52,958 nucleotides of DNA from a virus (lineage: Duplodnaviria > Heunggongvirae > Uroviricota > Caudoviricetes): the IMG/VR virus record IMGVR_UViG_3300041409_000458. One strand, written 5' to 3'. Position 1 is the first letter of the stretch; each line of letters begins with the position of its first letter. Under the pieces are notes generated by a model, which was given only the letters and a program-made list of their open reading frames with translations, searched no databases and had not been told where the DNA came from. The translations under genes and the position numbers were made by a program. Positions 22,520-34,300 of this stretch are shown here, piece after piece.

Positions 22520-24795
22520 TGCCATTCAAATCTAAAAAGCAGAGTAAAGCGTGTTTCGCAACCCATGGTTTTGGGAACAAAGTCAATTGTAAGGAGTGGG
22601 CAAATGCCACAAACTATAAAAATTTAAAGATGAATTACAGAGGTAAAAAACAAACTGGTGGCCAATTTCTACTTGATGGAAGCTGGAGTCCGGGGTATTT
22701 AGATAAGAAAACAGGTGTTTGGGTTTCAACTGGGGATATAGTACCTCCAAAGAAAGCTGGAGATATGGGACAGATTCCTGTAACGAATCCAAATCCTGCT
22801 TGGGAAAATACTCCCTCAATTACACCCTCAGTTACACCATCACAGCCCTACAATCCTTTTGGAACATCTCCTTGGTTAGCTAGAGGTCAAGCAAATCCAC
22901 TTGTCCCAACGAACCCAACAGGAACTCAAATTCCTATGAGTCCTGATTATAAGCCACCAATGTGGCATAATACTCCAGAAGATGTGATTGATGGACAGAC
23001 TTTTGACCAGCGTTTACCTGATGACCATCCATATAAAGACACAACTGGACAATCAGTTGGGACATATGATGAAAGAGCACATTCAACAGATGAAACTACT
23101 ACTTCAAATCAACCAGCTCACAATTGGAATACTGATATATTCTTAGGATTAAGAGGAGCTCAGATGGCAGCGAGCTATCTTGTACAGAAGAAGAGAAACA
23201 ACAGATTGAATGATTATGCTTACAAGCAAGATACTGCTCTTGGTCAAATGAATCCAATACCAGTTTCTCAATTTCAGTATAGCAACATTGATTACACAAC
23301 GCCAAATAGGTTATACGCTCAAGAGGGAGGAATGATAAATCCTTATTCCCAGCATGCAAAATATGGAGGGAACCTTAAGCGTATTATCAAAGATTATGAA
23401 AAATGGACAAATGATGCTCCTCCAATGGATATGGGAGAAGGAGCTATTGATGATAAAGGTAAGATGAAGAAAGGTGGATTTGCTCTTGATGAAATGATAG
23501 TTAACGACTTCATTCGTAAACTAATGCAGTTTGGTTCAGGTCCTCACCCTTACAAAGGTTTAAAAAGAGCTCAGAAAGGTGGTCGTCAGCCAATTACTGT
23601 AACCAATCCTAATGACCCTCGTTTAAAAGCTTATAATGATAGTTTGAATTTATTTAAAGCTTATGAATTTCAAAAGAAAAATGCAAATTATAAACCATTA
23701 TTAGAGGAATATTCTAAATCTTTAGCCACTACAAGAGCACCAATGACTCCGGAGCAACTTGGAAAAATACGTGAGAAAAATATGGGTAAAGTAGGAGCTA
23801 CTCAAAAATTGGTAAGAGCTTACGATTATAACTCTTTTAAGAAAAATCCATCTCAAAATTTTGATCCAATGAAAACAAAGTTGGGGGATAATAAGATTTA
23901 TGATTATTATAGATCTTTGTCATTTAATGAACCAGTAGCTATTGGTAAATATTCATCTCCAGATATCGTCCACAAAAATATAAGACCAGTTGGAGAATAT
24001 TTTGATGGTATAGCTACAAGTCCTGTATACAAAAAACCTGTACAACCAATTGTATATAATAAGGATGGCACACCAGTAGTATATCAGAAACCACAACCAA
24101 ATAAATCTACTATACAGAAAGCTGAGATTAAAAAATATTTTGATAAAGATTTAGAAACTTTAAATTTAAAAGAAGAAGTGATTGACAAACCTGCTGTTAC
24201 TGCAAGTATGTATGTAGATGCTTATGGCTCAAAAGTTTCACACTATGCACCATTGCCAAGAAATTTTTCACAATCAAAATATAAAAATGATAATGGTCTT
24301 GTACCTATTGGTTTACACAAAACAGGAAGCGGAGAACAAATATTTGTTTATCCAAGTAATAAATCAGTAGAAGTTCCTGAAAAAATATTTCCAGCTCCAG
24401 TAGCAGGACAAAGTAGACCAGCTAAAATCACTGTTCCAACTCAATCACAGATGCCAGAACAACAAGGTGACCCTGTGTATGGACCAGCTAATTCTGTTAT
24501 TGGATACTATAACAACGGACAATTTACTCCATATCAAGGTGAAGTTGGAGTAGGAAAAGATGGTAGTCAGAGAGGATATGTGAATAGTCCAGATACTGAA
24601 TTAATGAAAAATCCAGAAGAATTGAAAAAATTCTTAAGAGGAAAGGGTTTACAGTTTAAAAAGGGTGGATTCATGGGTATAAATCCTGCACATAAGGGAT
24701 GGTGTACACCTCTTAGTAATCCACATTGTACTGGGGCACGTAAACGTCTTGCATTAACTCTAAAGGAGCATCATGGATTCCATAAAAAGAAATAA
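22519..24795 (+). CDS. Putative virion cargo/structural protein with repeated xxxGG motifs
   Basis: 758 aa, Pro/Gln-rich and low complexity; six (A/F/M/K)xxGG motifs; ends NPAHKGWCTP...RKRLALTLK. Confidence 0.7.
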   Translation: MPFKSKKQSKACFATHGFGNKVNCKEWANATNYKNLKMNYRGKKQTGGQFLLDGSWSPGYLDKKTGVWVSTGDIVPPKKAGDMGQIPVTNPNPAWENTPSITPSVTPSQPYNPFGTSPWLARGQANPLVPTNPTGTQIPMSPDYKPPMWHNTPEDVIDGQTFDQRLPDDHPYKDTTGQSVGTYDERAHSTDETTTSNQPAHNWNTDIFLGLRGAQMAASYLVQKKRNNRLNDYAYKQDTALGQMNPIPVSQFQYSNIDYTTPNRLYAQEGGMINPYSQHAKYGGNLKRIIKDYEKWTNDAPPMDMGEGAIDDKGKMKKGGFALDEMIVNDFIRKLMQFGSGPHPYKGLKRAQKGGRQPITVTNPNDPRLKAYNDSLNLFKAYEFQKKNANYKPLLEEYSKSLATTRAPMTPEQLGKIREKNMGKVGATQKLVRAYDYNSFKKNPSQNFDPMKTKLGDNKIYDYYRSLSFNEPVAIGKYSSPDIVHKNIRPVGEYFDGIATSPVYKKPVQPIVYNKDGTPVVYQKPQPNKSTIQKAEIKKYFDKDLETLNLKEEVIDKPAVTASMYVDAYGSKVSHYAPLPRNFSQSKYKNDNGLVPIGLHKTGSGEQIFVYPSNKSVEVPEKIFPAPVAGQSRPAKITVPTQSQMPEQQGDPVYGPANSVIGYYNNGQFTPYQGEVGVGKDGSQRGYVNSPDTELMKNPEELKKFLRGKGLQFKKGGFMGINPAHKGWCTPLSNPHCTGARKRLALTLKEHHGFHKKK

Positions 24796-24796
24796 T

Positions 24797-25177
24797 ATGA
24801 ATGCAATAAATATGAAATGTGTTGTTTGTGATAAGGATATGAATAAATACAGAAGAGATATTGAAAGAAACAAGAATAGCTACTGTAGTAGAGAATGTTA
24901 TAATAACAGAAGAAAAGAGAACTTAAAGAGATTAAAAAGGCAGACTAAGTTTTATGATGAGTTATTAGAAAGTTCAACTTGTGAATGTGGAATTACTGAG
25001 AAATATTTATTACAAATTCACCATAAAGATGGAAATCATAATAATAACATTCCAGAGAATCTAGAAATTGTTTGTGCCAACTGTCACATAAGAAGACATT
25101 TAAAAATTAACTCAAAGGGAGACCTTGTTCATCATCCAAGGTCCTTAACTAAAAACATGAAATTAGTTTATGAATGA
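24797..25177 (+). CDS. HNH endonuclease with N-terminal Zn-finger
   Basis: CVVCDK...YCSRECY; CECG...LQIHHKDGNHNNNIPENLEIVCANCH; ATG just after the upstream stop chosen. Confidence 0.9.
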   Translation: MNAINMKCVVCDKDMNKYRRDIERNKNSYCSRECYNNRRKENLKRLKRQTKFYDELLESSTCECGITEKYLLQIHHKDGNHNNNIPENLEIVCANCHIRRHLKINSKGDLVHHPRSLTKNMKLVYE

Positions 25178-25913
25178 TTTGAAATCAATACTAGGTTATT
25201 CTAAAGGTTCTCCTTATGCAGGGAATCCTTATCTGGATATTATTACTCCAGAGGGACTTATTGACATGAGCAATACTGAAATGGATCTAATAGGTATTGA
25301 CAATCTTGGTAACAGGAAGAAAATGAAAGCCGGAACCACGAATCCTTACAAGTTCGAAGGAACTGTGGTAAGAGAAATACCAATGCAACGAGGTGGAATA
25401 TCAAGGGAAAAACTTTTAAATTTTCTTTATGACCCTGAAGAAGATAGGGAAGAACCTACCACAGCACCTGTACAAGAAGAAATGGCTGAGGCACCTCAGG
25501 AGGAAAAAGTAGTTGAGTCACCTGATGATGACTATGAATTAGCTCTTTCCATTGCTAATCAGCAAGGAAATCCCTACGAAGTTCCTGCTCACATGCAAAC
25601 ATCTGGAAATCCCTACAAGTCCGAATATGTTAATGATTTATCAACATACGGAACAGCTTATAAGGACATAGACAAGAACGTGGCTTCAGCTACAGAGGAA
25701 TTATTAGCTAAATTCCCTAACTTACGTTTAACTTCAGGTAGAAGAAGTTGGGGAGATAAGGATGCTCATCCACAGGGAAGAGCTGTCGATTTATCTTATG
25801 ACCCTGAAGCTTATAATTATTACCAGAATGTTCTGGTACCAAAATACGGATTTAACAAAGCCCTAGACCCTAATCACGGAACAGGCAAACATATACATTT
25901 AGGATATTATTAA
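25170..25913 (+). CDS. Virion-associated protein with C-terminal peptidase M15 (Zn, peptidoglycan-hydrolase-type) domain
   Basis: RLTSGRRS...HPQGRAVD (H-x6-D) ... HIHLG (HxH). Confidence 0.8.
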   Translation: MNDLKSILGYSKGSPYAGNPYLDIITPEGLIDMSNTEMDLIGIDNLGNRKKMKAGTTNPYKFEGTVVREIPMQRGGISREKLLNFLYDPEEDREEPTTAPVQEEMAEAPQEEKVVESPDDDYELALSIANQQGNPYEVPAHMQTSGNPYKSEYVNDLSTYGTAYKDIDKNVASATEELLAKFPNLRLTSGRRSWGDKDAHPQGRAVDLSYDPEAYNYYQNVLVPKYGFNKALDPNHGTGKHIHLGYY

Positions 25914-25922
25914 TATACAACT

Positions 25923-27899
25923 ATGGGAGTAGCAGATAACAGAAGTTACAAAAACGAGTATTTATTTAATGACAAGAACAACAGTATCTTTAGAGACCCT
26001 GAAAGTACAGCTAAAGACAACCCTTCTATTAACGTGGACCCAAAGGTCAATTCAACTATTAAGGAGAATCCTTATCGTTCGAATGTTGAGATTGAAGGAA
26101 AAGAGGTTGTTCTGCAGCCAGATTTAAGTGCCTTATTCAACGCAGTTGGTAAGAGACACTCTAAGGGAGGTATGGACGTACTTCTTAAACCTGACTCTTT
26201 CATTTTCTCAGACTATGATAAGTTAAAACTTACCAAGAAAGATTTTGAATTATTTGAACTGAAGGAAGGAGGCAAAAAGTCAACAGATACACCTGCAGAT
26301 GTTCTCAAAAGGAACATAGACCTTAAACATTATAATGGTCTGGTTACAATACTCGGAGACCCTGATAAAGATGACCTAGCTAAAAAGTCAGCTGCTCGTA
26401 TGCTTGATAAATATATTAAAACTCTTGGCAATATAGCTTATATTCAAGAAGAAAAGAAAGAATTTCCACAGGGAATTCCTGATTTTGCTATGGATACAGC
26501 ACCAGTATACGATACTGAACTAAAAGATAAACTCATGGAAAACAAACAATATGCCAAAGCTGGTGGAACTATAAATAATCCATATGCTCAATTGGGGGGT
26601 TTTGCCCGTGCTATCCAGTACATGAAACAAAAGGAAGAAGCAGCAAAAGATGCTCCTGCAACTGCACCAGCAGTCCCAAGTGTAGGTAATAACTGGGGAG
26701 CATGGCAAGGAGACAAATTACCTATTTTTCCTAACAGATATGGTGTATCAAATGCTGCTGACAAAATAACAGACGTAGCTGCTGTAGCTGCACAATTAGG
26801 TTACGCTGGTCCAAAGGATAATAAATCCTTCCAGCAATGGTTATATAATAGCTCTCCAGAGAATAAAGCTGTTATAGACAAATGGCATAATAAATATAAT
26901 GTAGGGCCGAATGATGGTATGTTCGATGGTAAAATTGGTATTAGATGGGCTAATGCTCTAAAAGAGATTACAACAAAGCAGCCTCCAGCCACTACACCAG
27001 CACCAGTTACCCCACCACAAAGGGATACAGCTAGAATTACTGCTCCTCCTCAAGAACAGTGGCCTTCACCTCCTGAACCTCCATTAATTCCCGGAGAAGT
27101 TACAGGTGAACCACAAGGTGTAAAACAAGCCAATTGGAAGTTTACTCCATGGCAAAGGGCTTCTCATGCCTATGATTGGTTAAATGCTCTGAATGTTACT
27201 AAATATACTCCAGACCGTGCTCACTACAATGCAACATACACAAATCCTGCACTGGTTAATCCGGAACAAGCTGTTGGTGATGCTAAAGGCGTGTTTAATC
27301 AGCAACTTAGTGCTGCAAATGTACTAAACCCTATCCTTCGTAACGCTCAGGGAGCACAAGCTTATGGACAGGCTTTGAATACTATTCCCAGCATCCGTAG
27401 TCAGTATGACAATCAAAATGTGGGTATTGTAAACCAGTTCAGACAATATAACAACCAGATTAAAAATAATGAGAGTCTGGTAAATATGCAGAATGATAAG
27501 GATTACAGTAGAGATTCAACTACCGCTGAGGTGAATTATGACAATATGAAGACTTTTTTAAGAAACACAGCTATGAGTAATACAATGGCTGACGCTTCTA
27601 CAAATCAGAAATTAGCATATTCTTTATTGCAGCAGAACAATCCTGCCTATGGATTTGACTGGGATAGTGGAAACTTTACCCGTACAAACAAGAGCGTTAT
27701 GGACGTGCAGAGTGGTCAAACAAAGGATGTATATGATGATATCTTCAAAGGTATACAGAAATTACCTGATAGTGACCCTAAGAAATGGGAAATATACGAA
27801 AAATTACTAAGACAAAAGAATATTCTTCCATATCTTCAGCAACCATCAACCCCTTATAAGAAAGGTGGGAAGATAAAAAGTAAGAATCCATACAATTGA
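25923..27899 (+). CDS. Putative virion cargo protein
   Basis: 658 aa; ANVEIEG.EVVL..D...GKRHSKGG-like N-terminal domain, xxxGG motifs, N/Q-rich coiled region. Confidence 0.7.
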   Translation: MGVADNRSYKNEYLFNDKNNSIFRDPESTAKDNPSINVDPKVNSTIKENPYRSNVEIEGKEVVLQPDLSALFNAVGKRHSKGGMDVLLKPDSFIFSDYDKLKLTKKDFELFELKEGGKKSTDTPADVLKRNIDLKHYNGLVTILGDPDKDDLAKKSAARMLDKYIKTLGNIAYIQEEKKEFPQGIPDFAMDTAPVYDTELKDKLMENKQYAKAGGTINNPYAQLGGFARAIQYMKQKEEAAKDAPATAPAVPSVGNNWGAWQGDKLPIFPNRYGVSNAADKITDVAAVAAQLGYAGPKDNKSFQQWLYNSSPENKAVIDKWHNKYNVGPNDGMFDGKIGIRWANALKEITTKQPPATTPAPVTPPQRDTARITAPPQEQWPSPPEPPLIPGEVTGEPQGVKQANWKFTPWQRASHAYDWLNALNVTKYTPDRAHYNATYTNPALVNPEQAVGDAKGVFNQQLSAANVLNPILRNAQGAQAYGQALNTIPSIRSQYDNQNVGIVNQFRQYNNQIKNNESLVNMQNDKDYSRDSTTAEVNYDNMKTFLRNTAMSNTMADASTNQKLAYSLLQQNNPAYGFDWDSGNFTRTNKSVMDVQSGQTKDVYDDIFKGIQKLPDSDPKKWEIYEKLLRQKNILPYLQQPSTPYKKGGKIKSKNPYN

Positions 27900-27918
27900 A
27901 AAATAACTTAAAATATTA

Positions 27919-27950
27919 TTTGGTTTCCTGAGAATGATATCGTATCTTTG
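27919..27950 (+). promoter_or_regulatory. Bacteroidota-type promoter of the LAGLIDADG gene
   Basis: TTTG(27919)-N20-TATCTTTG(27943-27950); ATG at 27956. Confidence 0.72.
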
Positions 27951-27955
27951 TGATT

Positions 27956-28786
27956 ATGAAGAGGATGTCTAAATTAGAAATAGAAAAAATGATTGAAATG
28001 TACGAAACAGGAAAGTATAACTTCAAGGATTTGGATACATATTTTAATAAAGGGTTAGGAACTTGTAGAGGGTTACTTGAAAGAAGAGGATACAAAGCAA
28101 AGTCTATTTCAGAAATCAATAGAAAGTATTCTTTAAAAGAAGATTTTTTTGATAAAATAGATAGTGAAGAAAAAGCTTATATGTTAGGATTTATTTATGC
28201 TGATGGTTGTAATTTTCCAGAAGGAACAAGAGTAGTAATAGGATTACAAGAAAAAGATAAAACTCTTTTAGAAACTTTTAAAACTTTGTTAAATTATGAT
28301 AGACCATTATATTACAGAAAAGCTTCTACATCTTCGTATAGAAATAGCTCAGCTCAATATATTTTAACCATATCAAGCAAAAGAATAAGTGATAAACTAA
28401 CAAAATTAGGAGCTGTAAAAGCTAAATCTTTAATTTTAACATTTCCTTCTGAAGACCAAGTTCCTGAAAGTCTTCACAACCACTTTATCAGAGGATATTT
28501 TGATGGTGATGGTTGTATAACAGGAGTAAAACCACATTTTTCCAGAAACAGTAAACTTTTGGAATTTGATTGGTCAGTAGTGGGAACTTTTGATTTTGTA
28601 AGTTCAATTCAAAAAATAATGGTAAAAGAATTAAATTTAACTATGACCAAAATTAAAAAACATAGAAATGTCTTTTATCTTGAATATAGTGGAAATAAAC
28701 AATGTAAGAAAATAGCTGAATGGATGTATAAAGATTCATCTATATTTCTTGAAAGAAAATATGAAAAATTCAAAAGTATAAAATAA
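27956..28786 (+). CDS. Free-standing LAGLIDADG homing endonuclease (two motifs)
   Basis: YMLGFIYADGC and FIRGYFDGDGC; N-terminal HTH-like segment; no intron ends seen. Confidence 0.92.
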   Translation: MKRMSKLEIEKMIEMYETGKYNFKDLDTYFNKGLGTCRGLLERRGYKAKSISEINRKYSLKEDFFDKIDSEEKAYMLGFIYADGCNFPEGTRVVIGLQEKDKTLLETFKTLLNYDRPLYYRKASTSSYRNSSAQYILTISSKRISDKLTKLGAVKAKSLILTFPSEDQVPESLHNHFIRGYFDGDGCITGVKPHFSRNSKLLEFDWSVVGTFDFVSSIQKIMVKELNLTMTKIKKHRNVFYLEYSGNKQCKKIAEWMYKDSSIFLERKYEKFKSIK

Positions 28787-31329
28787 TGAGTGCTACTTCT
28801 CCATATCAAAATAATGATTACCAAGCTGTTGGTAACTTTCGCCCGTTTTCTCTCCCAATCAATGATATATATAAAGGTATATCCGCACAAAATGCTTTTT
28901 GGGACCAAGGAGCAGCGAGGGTAAAAAATATTTATGAGAATGCTCTTAATTTAGACTTAACTCTTGATGCAAACCAAGAATTAAGAAAAGATTACATGAG
29001 TAAAGCTGAGAAACAGATGATGAAGCTTTCCAGTATGGACCTATCTGACCCATCAGTCCAAAGGCAAGGATTTGGAATATTCCGACCTTTATTACAAGAC
29101 AAAGGTATAATGTATGATGATTATTTAACTAAGAAATATAAAGATGTATTATCTGAGGCCGACCAGTGGAAAAATGATGAAAAAACTAAAGGTGAGGGTT
29201 TCCACATGGACAATTTAGCATATGCTTTGCGTTCTTTCAAAGGATTTTCAAAATCCACATCGAGAGAACAACTAGAGAGTATCTTTAAAACTGCAAAAGA
29301 TGCTCAGTATACACCATATCATGATGTCTCTAAAGAAAGGTCTGCTATATTAGACAAATGTAAACCAAATGTTATTAGTAAAACAACTACTCAGGGAATG
29401 TATTTAGAGACCGAAAAGGCAAATTCTCTTTCAGCCCAAAAGTTGTGGGGCTGTCTCGAGGCAGGGTTATCTGATAAAGCGAGGCAGCAGATGAGAATCT
29501 CAGGTGTAGTTAGATACGGAGATGATTATAATGCTCTTAGAATGGATTATATTCCAGCGACAGAGGAAAAAGTGAAAAGTTATAATGAGGAAATTAAAAA
29601 TCTTTCAGCTCAAAAGGTAGCACTCGCCGGACAAATAGGCTCTGAAGAGACAGTTAAAGAAATAGGGTCTCGAATAGACCAATATAACAATCAAATTACT
29701 AATCTTCAAGGAACCATAGTTAAACTACATGATGATGATTATATTAAGAATAATTACGAAGATTTAGCTTCAATGGCATATATGAAAAGAGCAAATGGTA
29801 TTTTTGCTGAAGCATTCGCTAGGAAAGACGTAGAGGAAAGCAAAAAAGCAGACCCTGTAGGTATAATGTATTATACTCAACAAAAATTAGATAACAGACA
29901 AGTAGCTGGTTTCGCTCATGATTACAAAATAGAAGATTACAAGTTAAAGCAAAAACTCCTATTGGGAGATAGTAATGCTGATATACCAACTCGTGTTCGT
30001 ATGCTCAGAGGAATGGGTGTTTCTGATGCTGAAATTCAGAGAGTTTTAGGGCAAGCAGAAAAAGAAGAAGGTACTAGTTATAATGAATTACAAACAGCTA
30101 TCAATTCAGCTGATAATTCTGTTAAATCAAAAATGACAGAAATTGTACAGGCTTTACAAAGCAATCCTGATATAGCTAAAATTCTTGAAGGAGTAGAAGA
30201 TGAAGAGTCTTTCACAAAAGAATTGGGGAAAATTGAAGATGTAATCAAAAAGAGATTGACTGCTAATTCTAATGATGTACAAATGATAGAGTGGAAGGAT
30301 GCACTAAATGCTTATACAAGTTTAGTAAATAAAAGAACTTCAATGAAGAGTATTTTAGATGATGCTGAGAAAACAGTTACTGATAAGAATCCAGATATCG
30401 CCAGAACTTATAAACAAGGAGTTGAAAAAGTAATACAATCAATACCTCAAGCTTATACAACTAGGGGAGGAATAATACTATCTAAAGCAGATATGACTGC
30501 TATTATTAATGATACTCATCCTTCTTTTTACATTGACCAGCTAAGTAGTGGAGGCGAAAGTGGAGGCGAAATAGGATATGTTTTACGCTCTAAAGCTACC
30601 AATGAAATATTGACAGAATTTGGTTCTCCAATAGACAGAATGTATGAAAAGATAAAAGGGTTACAATCACAGAAAGAAGGAAGTTATAAAACAAAAGTAA
30701 ATAACTTTTTAGAAAGTACAACTGCTGTACAAAAGATTAGACTTGCTTCAGGGAATCTTTTAGGTAAAGGTAAAATATCACAGGAAATGACTGCTACAAT
30801 GAGCTTTATATCAGATATTTTTGGTTCTTCATTAGGTGAAGATGCAACATTCAACACAATCGGTGGTTTTGACCCTGTTGATGGTTGGGTCGACATACAA
30901 GCAGTCGACTCTAAAGGGAAATCAATTTCATCAGGTGATTTGAGAAAAGCAGCAGCATCATCAACAGCAGGTGCTTCAATAATTGAAGAAGGTAAACATC
31001 CAAATTCAATACGTATTAAAGTTGATTATTTATCAGGAGTTGTACCTAAGCCAGAATTCAATGAAGAAATAAAAAATCTTATGACATATGCTGCCAAAAG
31101 AGTAACTACGGAAAATATACCTACAGGTCTTATAATTAAAGCAGGTATTACTCCAAGAGGCAATGTTATCCAATTAAAAACAAAAAGAAGTTTAGCAACA
31201 GGAGAACCTAGATACACTATTTTAGTAAATGGTACCGAGATACCTGCCAAGATAGGAGATAATGAAACAGCTGCTTTAAATTACATCAATAATCTACTCA
31301 CCGGACAAGAAGATGTGAAAATAAAATAA
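28786..31329 (+). CDS. crAss-like ejected cargo protein
   Basis: 847 aa, helical; N-terminus (FRPFSLPINDIYKGISAQ...YENALNLDLT...N) and position directly before the virion RNAP gene fit crAss cargo genes. Confidence 0.7.
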   Translation: MSATSPYQNNDYQAVGNFRPFSLPINDIYKGISAQNAFWDQGAARVKNIYENALNLDLTLDANQELRKDYMSKAEKQMMKLSSMDLSDPSVQRQGFGIFRPLLQDKGIMYDDYLTKKYKDVLSEADQWKNDEKTKGEGFHMDNLAYALRSFKGFSKSTSREQLESIFKTAKDAQYTPYHDVSKERSAILDKCKPNVISKTTTQGMYLETEKANSLSAQKLWGCLEAGLSDKARQQMRISGVVRYGDDYNALRMDYIPATEEKVKSYNEEIKNLSAQKVALAGQIGSEETVKEIGSRIDQYNNQITNLQGTIVKLHDDDYIKNNYEDLASMAYMKRANGIFAEAFARKDVEESKKADPVGIMYYTQQKLDNRQVAGFAHDYKIEDYKLKQKLLLGDSNADIPTRVRMLRGMGVSDAEIQRVLGQAEKEEGTSYNELQTAINSADNSVKSKMTEIVQALQSNPDIAKILEGVEDEESFTKELGKIEDVIKKRLTANSNDVQMIEWKDALNAYTSLVNKRTSMKSILDDAEKTVTDKNPDIARTYKQGVEKVIQSIPQAYTTRGGIILSKADMTAIINDTHPSFYIDQLSSGGESGGEIGYVLRSKATNEILTEFGSPIDRMYEKIKGLQSQKEGSYKTKVNNFLESTTAVQKIRLASGNLLGKGKISQEMTATMSFISDIFGSSLGEDATFNTIGGFDPVDGWVDIQAVDSKGKSISSGDLRKAAASSTAGASIIEEGKHPNSIRIKVDYLSGVVPKPEFNEEIKNLMTYAAKRVTTENIPTGLIIKAGITPRGNVIQLKTKRSLATGEPRYTILVNGTEIPAKIGDNETAALNYINNLLTGQEDVKIK

Positions 31330-31333
31330 TATT

Positions 31334-34300
31334 ATGCCAGACCCAACATTACAAGGAGATATAAGAACAGGATTTGATAGTAATAGCATGTTTGAATTGA
31401 AGTTAGATACCTTCAAGACAATGAGTGATGTACTTAATAAACCTGACAATCCTTACTTACCACCAACTCCACAAGGTTCTGGAGCATTAGCTCCTACACT
31501 GGACTTACCACAAGGTATGACATATGAAGACGCATTACAATCTAATGACCCTAAAATCAGGGACTTAGGTGTTAAGCATCTGGAACAGGAAACAGCTTCT
31601 GACCCCTATTACAAGTTAGGCTTAGGTGAAGAAATAAGAACTCCTTATGATAAGGCTCAGAAATATATTGATAAGAAGTTCGGCTTCGATGCCACAGTTC
31701 CTGATATTGAGGATTACTACTACAGAAATGACTACATGCAGGATGGAGTTATAAAAAGAACTGGCCTGAACGTCCTACGTTTCTTAGGTAGAACTGTAGT
31801 CCCTGCAGTTATGAAATTAGGTGAAGGATTTGGATATGTTGGTGCAATGGTAACTTCTATTGGAAGTACAAACTATTGGGCTGATGTAGCTGATAATGCT
31901 ATGTCAAAATGGCTAGAAACACAGGAGCAGTCATTCAAGGATAAGATTGTCCCTATATATCATGCTGCAGGTTTTGATGAAAAAGGGTTCTTCTCTCAGA
32001 TGACAAATTATGCCTTCTGGAATGAAGATGTGGCTGATGGTGTTGCGTTTATGGCTTCTGCAGCTATACCTGCAATGGCTTTAGGTAAGCTTGGTATGCT
32101 AAGTAAAGTTGCCCGTGCAACTGCAGGTATAGCTGAAGGAGAACAAGCTTTCAATGCTTTTGGTAAAGCCTTCTCTACAACAAGTAGAATAGGTAAAGTA
32201 GCATCCAGTGTAGGATTAGGTTCACCTGCTGAATTAGCAGCATGGACATTTAATACTGCCATGGAATCAGCTATGGAAGGAAGTCAGGTCTTCAAAGATG
32301 GTCTGGCAAAAATGAAAGAACTTCGTGATAGAGGTGTTGGTGAATATGCCAATATGTCAGATGAAGATATGAGAACAGTTGCTGGTAAATTAGCGGCTAA
32401 TACTGTTGGGTCTAACTTTATGATACTTGGTTTATCAAATGCTTGGGAGAATACTTTATTCTTTAAGCCATTTAAAGCCAGTTCTCCTACTCTTAAACTT
32501 GGAACTGATTGGGTTGCTGGAGGTTCAAAAACTGGTTTATCAAGAGGTGTTTTCTATGGTAAAAAGGCTGCAGAAGGTTTCCTTGCTGAAGGTTTATGGG
32601 AAGAAAATGCCCAGTTAGCTGTTCAGAGAATGAATTCCTTGGATGACCAAGGTAATCCTCTTGTAGAAGGTTCCGGAATGGGTGCATTCTTTAAGCAATT
32701 AAAGAAGCAAACAGTTGGAGCATTTACTGGAGATGATAAGGAAGCTGCAAAAAATATTGGACTTGGTGGTTTAATTGGTATTGTAGCTGGTGGAGGTTTC
32801 TCTAAACTCTCTGGAGAGAGAAAGGAGCTACTTGCTCAGTATGACCGAATAGTTGATGAAAGTAAGATACTTAAAAATAACCTATTTTCTGTAAATGATG
32901 TATATGAAAGAGATGCTGATAACAATATAAAAATTGTAGACGGAACTCCTGTGATTTCACCTGCCAAGTTGCAATCTAAAAAAGATGGACTTGAAAAAAT
33001 ATTTGGAAAGGTACAACTTTCCACTCTAGAGGAATTTCAAAATAGTGCAGCTGTAGATGCTGTTACTAAAGCAGCATTGAGTCAATATATATCTTCAATG
33101 CACAAGCTGGGAATTGAAGATGTAAGTGCAAGATTCTCTCAACTGACTTCAGAACAAGCAGCTATATTTGGTATAAATCAAGCTGTTCCTACAGATAAAG
33201 CTGGGGAATATGGAATTTTTGCTAAGAAAGCTGAGGATACAGTAGTTAGAACAGAAAAAGAAGAATTACCAAATTCCGGACTTTCCGCTAAGGATTATGA
33301 TACTAAATCTAAAGCTGCTAAGTCAGATTTATACACAGCTCGTATTCAGAATATTATATTCTCTGACTATATTGATAAGGAGAATAGTAAAATGTTATCT
33401 ACATTAAATAACATTAGAACCTTATCTAATGCTTCTTTATCTGCATTCCCTGCCGAACAAATTAACTTCCTTAAGTACCAGCTATATTACACACAAAAAG
33501 CAATTAGCGACCCTTCTTTTACTAAGGGTCTATCTGAACTGGAGCAAAAATATCATCTTGATAAGGAAAAAGAACTTATTAAGAAAATAGAAGATTACAA
33601 AACAGAAAATGCCTCAATGCTTGAAGAAACAAGAGTTGATGCATCTGGATATTATATTGCTCAGCACAAAGATGCAAATGGTAATCTGGTAGATTCTCTA
33701 TCTGATGCTGCAGTACAGAACTCAAATCAAAGACGTGCAAATTATACAAATATAATTGAACAAGGTCAGTGGAGAGAGTCTAATCTATTATCTAAAGATT
33801 GGTTAAAATTTTATGAAGGGTTAAAAGAAATTCCTATAATTAAGGAAATCAAGGCTCAGATAAAGGCTGAGGAATCTAACTTTAAGAGTTCTATATTCTC
33901 AAAGCACACAGAAACAACTCCCGGAGATTTCAGAAGGGTTGTAAGACTTGTTGGTTCTATAATTTCAGGTAAGACAGAATTCTCTCCAGAGGAAACCCAG
34001 TTACGTCAGAATTATGGTCCATTGGTAGAAGAATTAATCCCTTTATACGAAAAGTCTCTTACTCAGGAGACCAAAAATATATTCACATCTAAGTTAAATG
34101 CAGTAACTAAAACAAGAGACGCACTACTCTCTGCAATATTTGAAAAGAAATATAAAATTGGAGATTTATCAGTATCTACTCAGACACTGACTGACACTCT
34201 ATTGAATAGACTGAAAGATAACAAAGTAGGAGTTCAGGAAATTCAAACTCTCATATATTCAACTCAAAAGGCAATTGATGACTTAGATGAGTCCCTAAAA

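Noticed and set aside
27956-28786. LAGLIDADG and HNH (24797) genes as group I intron or intein components
   Set aside because: Flanking genes begin and end cleanly with their own start/stop codons, and no intron core or intein splice motifs were seen; they look free-standing.
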